64,000 bases of DNA, taken from the NCBI GenBank assembly GCA_945871105.1, contig CAMBUO010000005.1, positions 10,217 through 74,216 of the forward strand, read 5' to 3'. A program made the position numbers and the translations under genes. This document shows, piece after piece, positions 29,061-38,127 of the stretch. The stretch is from an uncultured Clostridia bacterium. Lineage in GTDB: Bacteria; Bacillota_I; Bacilli_A; RF39; UBA660. Positions within the stretch are counted from its first letter, which is position 1. Each line of letters begins with the position of its first letter. Below the pieces are notes generated by a model. That model saw only the letters and a program-made list of their open reading frames with translations, was not told the DNA's origin and made no database searches.

Positions 29061-31463
29061 ATGAAATTTGGTTTTTTATTTAGAAAGTTAATAATTGAAG
29101 GAAATATTTATTTACAAGTAGTAGGTAAAATTAAAGGAAAAGAAATTGATGATAAAATGGTTGAAATAATTGAAGGACCATATCAAAATTATAAAATAAC
29201 TAGTATAGATAATATTAATACTAGTGATTTAGTTTATAAAGATATTACAAAAGAAGAATATGAAGAAGATAATTTTTATCAAACAGCTTTTTTTACAATT
29301 GAAGATAAATCTTTAGTTTATATTAATGATCCATTTCAAAATGGTAAAATAGCTGCTACTTTTTATGAAAAATTTCATGATTTTGATTTAATACCAGAAT
29401 ATAATTTAGAAGAATCTTTACAAGAAACAAGCGAAAGTTTGAAAACAGCATTAAGAGGACAAAATGATGTAATTGATCAAATATTATTAAAAATTTATAA
29501 TAATCAAATGTTTTTACAATCAGATTTAAATAAAACGCATATTCTAAATAATAAGAGTAATATTTTATTAATGGGTCCTTATGGAACAGGAAAAACAACT
29601 ATTAAAGAATCTTTAAAAGAAAATTTAGATATTCCCACTATTGAATATAAATTAACTGGTGATTTAACAAACGATATAGTAGAAATTATTAAGAAATTAT
29701 TAGTAGTTTCGAATAATAATATCTTTTTAGCTATGCGAGGAATTGTTATTTACGATGGTATTAATGCTTTATCATCTAGTTATGAAGATACTGATTTTGA
29801 AACAGTTAATATTTATTTATCAGAATTAAGAAATATAATAAATGAAAAAATAATTAATCTTGCTACTAAAGATGGGGCAATAAGAACATTTGATGCTTCT
29901 TTTTTAACTCATATTTGTATAATTGATATGGATTATACTAAAGAAAAATCGGATGATAATATGCATTATTCAAAAGTTAATAATCTTGATTTAGCTGAAT
30001 TAGGTTTAACATCAAATATAATAATTGATTGTTTTGATGATGAAATAATTTATATGCATGAAATGACTAAAAAATTAGCTTTAGAAATTTTAAAAGATCC
30101 TGATTTATCACCTTTATATGCTTTACAAGAAGTTTATAAAAATGCAGGTAAAAATATTACTTTTAGTGATGATTTTTATTCTGAATTAATTAAAAAAGGT
30201 TTACGATTTAATGAAGGTTTTACCGGTATTTTAAGAGTTATTAAGTATTTATCAACTAGTTCTAAAATGATGAAGAAAAATATTGTATTTACTAGTCAAG
30301 ATATAGATAACTTAAAAATCGGGACATCTTTTTATGATGAAGATGATTATTATGAAGATTATAAAGAATATGAAGATAAAGAGGAATCTAATCCATTAGT
30401 TGATACTAATTTAAAAGTTGATTTAATAAAAAGAACTATTAATGATTTAACAGTTTTCGATACGGTTAACTTAATTAAACAAAATATTAAAGGTCAAGAT
30501 GAAGCTATTTTTTCTTTGGTAAATGCTTTTTATAATCATATTTTTAATAAATATAAAGGTTTTTCTAATCATGAATTAAAACAATTAAAAGAAAATGTGT
30601 TGTTTATTGGTAGTACAGGTGTTGGAAAAACTGCCATTGTTGAAAATTTAGCAAGGATTTTTAATCTTGTTTATAAAAGAGAAATAGCAACTAGATATTC
30701 TAAAGCTGGTTATATTGGTGAAAGTGTCGATAATATGCTACTTGATTTGGTTGATGTTGCTAAAGGAAATATTAAAAGAGCTGAACAAGGTATTTTATAT
30801 ATTGATGAAATAGATAAAATTAGAAAGGGTAATGATCCAAATAATCTTGATATGAGTATGGCTGTTCAAAATGATTTATTAACTATTATTGAAGGCGATC
30901 AAAGAACTTTAACAACTAGAAATCAACAAGAAATCGAATTTGATTCTTCCGGATTATTTGTTATAGGAACAGGTGCTTTTGATGGCTTAGAAGAAATTGT
31001 GAAGAAAAGAATCAAAAAAGAGAAAAGTACTGGGCTAGGATTTCAAAATATAAAAAATGATCAAAAAGAAATAGATTATAATATTACGAATGCTGATTTA
31101 TATGAATATGGTTATGATAAACAATTTATAGCTCGAATACCTCATAAAATTAAATTAAATGATTTATCAACTGAAGTTTTATTAAATATAGTAAAAGATT
31201 CAAAAGATGGTTATATTAATTTATGCAAAAAATCTTATGCAATAAGTGGTATAAAATTAAATATAACTGAAGGATTTGCTCAAAAATTAGCTAAAAGAGT
31301 TAAAGAAAAAAATGAAGGAGCTAGAGGTATTAAAACAATATTTAGTACTTTTAAAGATGAAATAGATAAAAATATTCAATTAGGAGATATCGAAGAAGTT
31401 ATTATTCCTGAAGAATCTATTGATGATGTTAAAAAAATGATTTATATTAAAAAAAATAACTAA
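29061..31463 (+). CDS. Tandem ClpX-like AAA+ protein (degenerate N-terminal module plus intact C-terminal module)
   Basis: - C-terminal half: Walker A GSTGVGKT, pore-loop-like AGYIGES, Walker B ILYIDEIDK, an LGF tripeptide where ClpX has IGF, and ARIP where ClpX has GRLP.
- N-terminal half: Walker A GPYGTGKT, but IVIYDGINAL sits where Walker B should be.
- There is no zinc-binding N-domain. Confidence 0.65.
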   Translation: MKFGFLFRKLIIEGNIYLQVVGKIKGKEIDDKMVEIIEGPYQNYKITSIDNINTSDLVYKDITKEEYEEDNFYQTAFFTIEDKSLVYINDPFQNGKIAATFYEKFHDFDLIPEYNLEESLQETSESLKTALRGQNDVIDQILLKIYNNQMFLQSDLNKTHILNNKSNILLMGPYGTGKTTIKESLKENLDIPTIEYKLTGDLTNDIVEIIKKLLVVSNNNIFLAMRGIVIYDGINALSSSYEDTDFETVNIYLSELRNIINEKIINLATKDGAIRTFDASFLTHICIIDMDYTKEKSDDNMHYSKVNNLDLAELGLTSNIIIDCFDDEIIYMHEMTKKLALEILKDPDLSPLYALQEVYKNAGKNITFSDDFYSELIKKGLRFNEGFTGILRVIKYLSTSSKMMKKNIVFTSQDIDNLKIGTSFYDEDDYYEDYKEYEDKEESNPLVDTNLKVDLIKRTINDLTVFDTVNLIKQNIKGQDEAIFSLVNAFYNHIFNKYKGFSNHELKQLKENVLFIGSTGVGKTAIVENLARIFNLVYKREIATRYSKAGYIGESVDNMLLDLVDVAKGNIKRAEQGILYIDEIDKIRKGNDPNNLDMSMAVQNDLLTIIEGDQRTLTTRNQQEIEFDSSGLFVIGTGAFDGLEEIVKKRIKKEKSTGLGFQNIKNDQKEIDYNITNADLYEYGYDKQFIARIPHKIKLNDLSTEVLLNIVKDSKDGYINLCKKSYAISGIKLNITEGFAQKLAKRVKEKNEGARGIKTIFSTFKDEIDKNIQLGDIEEVIIPEESIDDVKKMIYIKKNN

Positions 31464-31522
31464 AATCATTTTTTTTTTGCTTTTTTTATGATACAATATT
31501 TTTAAGAATAAAGGGTGATATT

Positions 31523-32962
31523 ATGAATCGTAAAACAGTCTTATTTTTAATGAATGGTTTTGGTATTGAAAGAAAAGAATCTTATTCTATTTATGATTCT
31601 TCTTTAATGCCAACTTTTGATGAAATAACAAAAAAATATTTATTTTCTACGATTGAATCAAATGTTAATAATTACTATGATGGTTACCGTAATATGAGTT
31701 TAGATATAAACGAATTATATAATTATAGTATTCTTGATGAACAAATAGAAGATAAAAAATTACAAACTAATCCTACTTTATTAAAAGTAAAACAAGATAT
31801 TGAAACTAAAAAAGGTAATTTACATATCTTTGCTTTAGCTGATACTAGTTTTAAATTAATTGATCACTTAAAAGAAACTTTAAAAATATTAGATCCTAAT
31901 AGCAGTAAAAAAATATATTTACATTTTATTATTTCTAGTAATAATATTTCAGATTATAAAAAATTAGCTGAAGTATTTAGTAAATTAAATATAGAATTTT
32001 CAAATATTGCTCCTATTGGTTTTATTCTAGGATTATCTTCTGTTGATAATGAAGCTAAACAAGTTGATATGAATTTCTTCTTCAAAATGTTTATAACTAA
32101 AGTAGGCGAAAAATGGCAATCATTTACTCAAAAATTTGATGTTTTATATGGAACTAAAGTATTACCAAGAGATTGTAAACCATTTATAGTTAATTCTAAT
32201 TTTGAATTAACCCAAAATGATACTTTCTTTATTTATAATTATGATAATATTAATTTAACTAATTTTTTCAATACTTTATCGGCTATTAAATTTGGTGATA
32301 CTAATAATAATTTTACTTATTATTCACTATTTAATGTTACTAGTAATTTAAATATTCCTTATATGTATCAAGCTGGTACTGCCAATAATTACTTAGTAAA
32401 AAATTTAGAAAAAATTAATAGTACAGGTTTAATAATATGTAAAAAAGAACAAGTAAATATTATTAATTACTTTTGTAATGGTTTAAGAAATGAAGCAAGT
32501 AATTTATTAACTTATCTTGATATACAAGAAATAATTGCTAATCCTAGTATATTAGGTAATATTATTATAAATGCTAAACAAGATTTAATTATTTTAAACT
32601 TTGATATAGAAGATGCTAAAAACACTTTAGAATTAAAAAATAAATTAAAAGAAATCGATAGTTATTTAAAAATAGTATATGATAATATGTCAGGTAGTAA
32701 ATATTCGATTATTGTATCTTCTTTATATGGAATATCGAAAGTAATGATGAATGAAAAAAATAATATTTGTCAAGTAATTTTTAGTGGTAAAGTACCATTT
32801 GCTTTTGTTGATGATTTTATTACGAAAAAAAGATATTTAATAACAAATGGTAACATAAATGGTATTTTAAAAACAGCATATAAAAATATTAATAAAGATA
32901 TTAAATGCGAATCTTTAGTTGAAAGACAAAATGGTTTATATAGATTATTCTTTAATAAATAG
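31523..32962 (+). CDS. Cofactor-independent phosphoglycerate mutase (iPGM)-like protein lacking catalytic residues
   Basis: It is collinear with GpmI, but the catalytic motifs are replaced:
- LMNGFG instead of ILDGFG
- LHIFALADTSF instead of LHLxGLxSDGGVHSH
- ILNFDIEDAKN instead of ILNFANxDMVGH
- VSSLYG instead of ITADHG. Confidence 0.55.
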   Translation: MNRKTVLFLMNGFGIERKESYSIYDSSLMPTFDEITKKYLFSTIESNVNNYYDGYRNMSLDINELYNYSILDEQIEDKKLQTNPTLLKVKQDIETKKGNLHIFALADTSFKLIDHLKETLKILDPNSSKKIYLHFIISSNNISDYKKLAEVFSKLNIEFSNIAPIGFILGLSSVDNEAKQVDMNFFFKMFITKVGEKWQSFTQKFDVLYGTKVLPRDCKPFIVNSNFELTQNDTFFIYNYDNINLTNFFNTLSAIKFGDTNNNFTYYSLFNVTSNLNIPYMYQAGTANNYLVKNLEKINSTGLIICKKEQVNIINYFCNGLRNEASNLLTYLDIQEIIANPSILGNIIINAKQDLIILNFDIEDAKNTLELKNKLKEIDSYLKIVYDNMSGSKYSIIVSSLYGISKVMMNEKNNICQVIFSGKVPFAFVDDFITKKRYLITNGNINGILKTAYKNINKDIKCESLVERQNGLYRLFFNK

Positions 32963-32969
32963 GTGATCT

Positions 32970-34433
32970 ATGACAGATAGTATTATTTTAAATTTAAAAA
33001 AAGTAATTAAAGGAATATTACCGATTATTATATTTGTTTTAATATTAAGTATAATACTAAAAATAGATATAGGTACTATTATTCGATTTTTAAGTAGTTC
33101 TTTATTAGTAATTATGGGATTAACTTTATTTACAACGGGAACAGATATTTCTTTAAATGAAATGGGTAAAAATATTAGTAATCTTTTAATAAAAAAGAAA
33201 AATATTATTTTAATTTTAATAGTTAGTTTACTTTTAGGAACTTTTATTACTTTATTAGAACCAGAGTTTTTAACTATTGGTTATGAAGCTGGTAATATTC
33301 CAACTAGTATATTATTAATAAGTGTTTCGATTTCAATTGGAATATTTTTAATGTTAGCGATGTATCGAATATTAAAAAGAATTAATTTAAGATATTATAT
33401 TATTATTAGTTATCTATTAATTTTCTTTGTTTTAACAATTAGTAATTTTCAAGTAGTTCCATTTGCATTTGATATGGGAAGTGTCGTAGTAGGAGCTATT
33501 TCTGCTCCTTTTATTTTAGCATTTGGTGGTAATTTAGCTTCAAAAATGAAAAGAAAAGATTCCAGTGAATTTGGTATTTTATCTTTTTGTGCGATTGGAC
33601 CAATTTTAATGATTTTAATATTAAGTTTAATATATAAACCAAATATAATGTATGATTCTGATCCTATTTTAAAACAATTAGATTTCTTAGAAACTTTATG
33701 GACTAATTTTTATCAAGTATTTATGTCTTTATCTTTATTAGTAATATTTTATTTAGTTTTAACTAGAAAAACTAAGAAAAAGAAAATAGAACAAAGAAAA
33801 ATTATGATAGGTTTAATCATGGTTTTAGTTGGTATTACTTTATTTTTAACAGGTGGAGATGTTGGTTTTTTTAAATTAGCTTATCTATTAGGTAGTAAAT
33901 TAGGTAATATTAACAAAATAATAATTATTTTAATAGGTGGTATTTTCGGCTTTCTTATTGCTAAAATTGAACCTAATGTTAAGGTCTTAGTAAGTTATGT
34001 TGATAAAGTAACTAATGGAGGAATTAAAGATAAATTCTTAGAAACTTGGTTATGTATTGGTGTTTCTATTTCTTTTATGTTATCTTTATTTCGAGTTTTA
34101 AATGGTTATTCCGTTATGATATTTTTAATACCAACTTATTTTCTAGCTATTTTCTTTGCTTTTTTTACCCCAACTAATTTTTTAGGTTTATCATTTGATG
34201 CAGGTGGAGTAGTAACGGGTAGCATGTCATCAAGTTTTTTACTTCCCTTATTAATTGGTGTTGCTTCGATTATTAGCAATAATTATTTAAATGAAGCTTT
34301 TGGGGTAATGGCTTTAATAAGTGTTATTCCTATTATTATCTTAGAAATAGTAGGTATGATTTATAATATTGAAGTTAAAAACGATAATACAAAATATTTA
34401 GATGATAAAATAATAGATTATGGTGAAGTATGA
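32970..34433 (+). CDS. DUF1538-like polytopic membrane protein (internally duplicated)
   Basis: It has two similar halves, each containing a G(L/I)TLF(T/L)TG segment. It overlaps the following PII-like gene. Confidence 0.5.
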   Translation: MTDSIILNLKKVIKGILPIIIFVLILSIILKIDIGTIIRFLSSSLLVIMGLTLFTTGTDISLNEMGKNISNLLIKKKNIILILIVSLLLGTFITLLEPEFLTIGYEAGNIPTSILLISVSISIGIFLMLAMYRILKRINLRYYIIISYLLIFFVLTISNFQVVPFAFDMGSVVVGAISAPFILAFGGNLASKMKRKDSSEFGILSFCAIGPILMILILSLIYKPNIMYDSDPILKQLDFLETLWTNFYQVFMSLSLLVIFYLVLTRKTKKKKIEQRKIMIGLIMVLVGITLFLTGGDVGFFKLAYLLGSKLGNINKIIIILIGGIFGFLIAKIEPNVKVLVSYVDKVTNGGIKDKFLETWLCIGVSISFMLSLFRVLNGYSVMIFLIPTYFLAIFFAFFTPTNFLGLSFDAGGVVTGSMSSSFLLPLLIGVASIISNNYLNEAFGVMALISVIPIIILEIVGMIYNIEVKNDNTKYLDDKIIDYGEV

Positions 34434-35065
34434 TTAAACTCTTAGTAATGATTTATAATAATGAAAAAAAATTAAAAAATATTTTAAAAAAATATAAATT
34501 AAATTTTAATGTCATGACTTATGGAAGTGGAACAGCTTCTTTAAGTTTATTAACTTATTTTGGTTTAGATAAAGTTAAAAAAAGTTTATATTTTTCTTTA
34601 ATACCAAGTACTATTGAAGAAAAAGTATTACAAGAATTAGAAACTAAATTAAATTTAAAACAAATAGGTGAAGGTATAGGATTTACTATATCTTTAATGA
34701 GTTCTAATAAATTTATCAAGGATATCTTAGATAAAGAAGGTGATATGATGGAAAATAAGGATGAATATGAATTAATTATAACAATTGTTAAAGAAGGTTA
34801 TAGTGATTTAGTTATGCAAGCAGCTAAAAAAGAAAAAGCTACCGGTGGGACAGTTATTTATGGAAGAAGTTTAGGAAGTTCTAGAACAATTTTAGCTAAT
34901 TTAACTATTGAACCAGAGAAAGATATTGTTTTAAATATAGTTCCTAAAGAAATAAAAAAACAAGTCATGGAAAGTATTAATAAAGAAACGGGAGTAAAAA
35001 CTGAAGCTAGAGGTTTAATTATGTCCATTCCTATTGATAATGTAATAGGTCTTCATGAAGAATAA
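34430..35065 (+). CDS. Tandem PII-like (GlnB-fold) protein
   Basis: It has two roughly 100-aa halves. The second carries ATGGTVIYGRS, as in PII-like proteins that accompany DUF1538 genes. Confidence 0.5.
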   Translation: MIKLLVMIYNNEKKLKNILKKYKLNFNVMTYGSGTASLSLLTYFGLDKVKKSLYFSLIPSTIEEKVLQELETKLNLKQIGEGIGFTISLMSSNKFIKDILDKEGDMMENKDEYELIITIVKEGYSDLVMQAAKKEKATGGTVIYGRSLGSSRTILANLTIEPEKDIVLNIVPKEIKKQVMESINKETGVKTEARGLIMSIPIDNVIGLHEE

Positions 35066-35275
35066 AATACTTGAAATTTAATAACAAAAATGCTATTATT
35101 AAGTTGTAATAAAAATAGAAAGGTAAGTGATATATATGTTTAATTCGTGTGTAAATCCTTATAATACTATATATATCACAGCACTTTCTAGTTTAAAAAT
35201 AAAAAACATTAATAAAAAAGCATGTTTAGAATATAATTCTATATTTTAAGCTGCTTTTTTACAGAAAGGAAAACT

Positions 35276-37108
35276 ATGTTAAACAAAGAAATAAAATTAA
35301 ATAAATATTTAATAATCTTTTTATTACTAGTTTATGTAATAACCATAGGTTTATATACTTCTTATGCATATTACGAAGTAAGTGTTATAAAAAATGGGGT
35401 AGTAGTAATTAAAACAGCAACCATTGATATAACAACAAATATAGTTGATCAAGAAAATAATACATTCACTATTCCTACTAATTCTAATATCACAGTTACA
35501 GTTAATTTAACAACCGAATTAACAAATGAAATAGGTTATAAAATGTATTATGAAGTAATAAGTGGAATTTCACCCTTTAATGTTACATCAACTACAACTT
35601 TTACAGATGATATTGTCGAAGCCAATATGACTTCTTCAAAGCAACTACAATTTACTTTTACTAATCTAGGATCAAATGATTTAACGATTAAACTAGGTAC
35701 CAAAGGAGGACTAGCTAACTATCCAATTCCTTTAGATGAAGTATTAGAATTAAAAGTAAATACTACTTTAAGCGTACCAATTAAAAATGCAATCATTGAA
35801 AGTGTTAATAATCCAAGTGATTCATCATGCAAAACTAAAGTCGAAGAAGATGGCATAACTTATATTTCTGGAACTAAAACTTGCATTAATTTTAACTATG
35901 TTTGGTATTCAGGAAAACTATGGAGAATAACAGCTATTTACCCAGATGGAACAATGAAAATGATAACCGATGATCAAATTACAGCTATATCTTATGGTAG
36001 TAATGTTAACTTCTATACTGATAACGAAAATAAATCTTATATGTATCAATGGTTAAATGAAGATTTTTTAGATACCTTATATAACTATGAAAATATTATT
36101 GTTACAGATAGTAAATGGAATAGCATGACAACCAGTATTATTTCAACCAAAATAACGGAAGGAGCTGAAGGAGTAACAACAATAATTTCGCCCGTAGGCT
36201 TATTAAATAGTTATGAATACTATATGAGTTATAAAAATACCAGTTATGGAAGTGGTTATTTATATATACACTATTATTGGTGGCTTTTGAATCCATATAA
36301 CACCTCGAACGTCTGGTATGTCCTCGGCGACGGTAACGGCCACGGCGCTAGTCCGACTGATACGGTCGGGGGTCGTCCATCTATTAATCTAAAATCTGGA
36401 ATCCAATTATCTGGCGGATCAGGCACAAAAACCGATCCCTACACGATAGCAGGAGATAAAGAAGAAGTAACAGCCGGAACAACCTTACTAAATACCAGAA
36501 GTAGTGGTGAATATGTAAATTTTAATAATGAATTATATCGAATCGTAAGTATTGAAAATAATATAACGAAGATAAATAAAAATGATTGTGTAAGAGATAC
36601 CAGTAATACTGTGTTAACGAAAAAATTTTCAACAAGTGTAACCTATGGAGGAGGAACGAGCGATGATTACTGGGATTATTATTTGAATAATACTTGGTAT
36701 AATGCCCTTGATTCTGCATCTCAAAATATGATAGTCGAAAGTACCTATTATATAGGAACAAATACAGGTAGTACAGGTTATAAAGCATCAATATGTGCTA
36801 CGGCTAGTAATACCGTAACCACCAAAGATTGTGAAAAGACAACGAGTACATGGACAGGATTAGTCGGATTACCAAGATATGGCGAAATGTTTGCCAGTCG
36901 ACAAGGAAGTGAATATTCATCATCAAGTAATATGTGGTTAATGAATTCATATAACACCTTTCAGGTCTGGTATGTCAGCGGCGGTTACAGCGACAACCTT
37001 AGTCCGGCTAATGCGCGCGAGGGTCGTCCATCCATTAATCTAAAATCTAGTATCAAAATAACTGGTGGAAAAGGAACTAAAGATAACCCATTTGAAATCA
37101 GTGAATAA
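35276..37108 (+). CDS. Membrane-anchored surface protein with two lectin-like (DUF6273/DUF1566-like) modules
   Basis: An N-terminal anchor is followed by two modules. They end WWLLNPYNTSNVWYV...GGRPSINLKSGIQLSGGSGTKTDPYTI and MWLMNSYNTFQVWYV...EGRPSINLKSSIKITGGKGTKDNPFEI. Confidence 0.7.
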   Translation: MLNKEIKLNKYLIIFLLLVYVITIGLYTSYAYYEVSVIKNGVVVIKTATIDITTNIVDQENNTFTIPTNSNITVTVNLTTELTNEIGYKMYYEVISGISPFNVTSTTTFTDDIVEANMTSSKQLQFTFTNLGSNDLTIKLGTKGGLANYPIPLDEVLELKVNTTLSVPIKNAIIESVNNPSDSSCKTKVEEDGITYISGTKTCINFNYVWYSGKLWRITAIYPDGTMKMITDDQITAISYGSNVNFYTDNENKSYMYQWLNEDFLDTLYNYENIIVTDSKWNSMTTSIISTKITEGAEGVTTIISPVGLLNSYEYYMSYKNTSYGSGYLYIHYYWWLLNPYNTSNVWYVLGDGNGHGASPTDTVGGRPSINLKSGIQLSGGSGTKTDPYTIAGDKEEVTAGTTLLNTRSSGEYVNFNNELYRIVSIENNITKINKNDCVRDTSNTVLTKKFSTSVTYGGGTSDDYWDYYLNNTWYNALDSASQNMIVESTYYIGTNTGSTGYKASICATASNTVTTKDCEKTTSTWTGLVGLPRYGEMFASRQGSEYSSSSNMWLMNSYNTFQVWYVSGGYSDNLSPANAREGRPSINLKSSIKITGGKGTKDNPFEISE

Positions 37109-37429
37109 TATATGTCAAAATATGTCAAATATTTAAAACTTAATTTTTATTAATTGACTAAGTTATCTATTAATAGTATGATTATAATGAGTCCATGATA
37201 AGTAAAATAATCGAAATTTAAATAATATTTAACTCACTGTTTTACAAAGTATTATTTATTAAATGGAGGTGATTTTCTTATAGTTATGAAATTAATTCTT
37301 ATGTAATTGTTTTTATTACTGAATTAATGTTAATTATTTTTAAAATAATTAATGCATAACGTAAGATAAAAATTTGCAGGTAGAAATATCTGCTTTTTTA
37401 TGTTATAATACCTAATCAGGAGTGGGGTT

Positions 37430-38035
37430 ATGAATAAAGATTGGTTATCTAATAAAGAAGTTTTAAAGTATTTGAAATTATATATTCAAGGTAATTTAGA
37501 ATATCGTGAATTGTTAATTATGAAAACTATTCCGTATGTTGAATATCTTATTAAAGAAAGATTTTGTGATTTTTTAAATCAAAATGGAATGTTTAGTTAT
37601 GAAGATTTAGTTGATGTTGGTATTATCGGACTTATGAAAGCAATCGATAGATGTAATTTGCATAAAGAATTTAATTTTTATTCTTATGCATCTCGTTTTA
37701 TTAAAAATGAAATAATAAAATATTTACAATCATGGAAAGAAAGTTTAAGTTTTCAAGAATTAAAACAACAAGAATTAGTTAGTTCTTTTAATCTTGAAGA
37801 TGATTATTTAAAAAAAGAATTATTAAAAATTTTAGAAAATAATTATTCTATTTTAAGTACTCGTGAAGAATTAGTTATTAAGTATTTATTTGGAATAGAT
37901 GGTTCTGCTTATAAAGAAAAAGAATTAGCTGAAGCGTTTGAATGTACTCGGGAAAATATAAATATTATAAAAAGAAATAGTTTAAGAAAGTTAAGAGATA
38001 TGTTACTTGATTATAATTATGATTATCATCTTTAG
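37430..38035 (+). CDS. Sigma-70 family RNA polymerase sigma factor (regions 2 and 4 only)
   Basis: A region 2-like segment DLVDVGIIGLMKAIDRC...YASRFIKNEI and a region 4 HTH segment KELAEAFECTRENINIIKRNSLRKLR are present. The protein is about 200 aa. Confidence 0.7.
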   Translation: MNKDWLSNKEVLKYLKLYIQGNLEYRELLIMKTIPYVEYLIKERFCDFLNQNGMFSYEDLVDVGIIGLMKAIDRCNLHKEFNFYSYASRFIKNEIIKYLQSWKESLSFQELKQQELVSSFNLEDDYLKKELLKILENNYSILSTREELVIKYLFGIDGSAYKEKELAEAFECTRENINIIKRNSLRKLRDMLLDYNYDYHL

Positions 38036-38127
38036 TTTACATATTTGACACTTTCTTTTTTTTAAGTTTTAAAACTATTGAAATATACTGTATCTTTTTG
38101 TATAATTTAGATGTTTAAGGAGTAGTT

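Noticed and set aside
37270-37310. Six-codon mini-ORF (MKLILM) after a GGAGGTGA motif, considered as a leader peptide for the sigma factor gene.
   Set aside because: The RBS-to-ATG spacing is long at about 13 nt. The following hairpin is only 4 bp. Nothing indicates attenuation logic, so the evidence is too weak.
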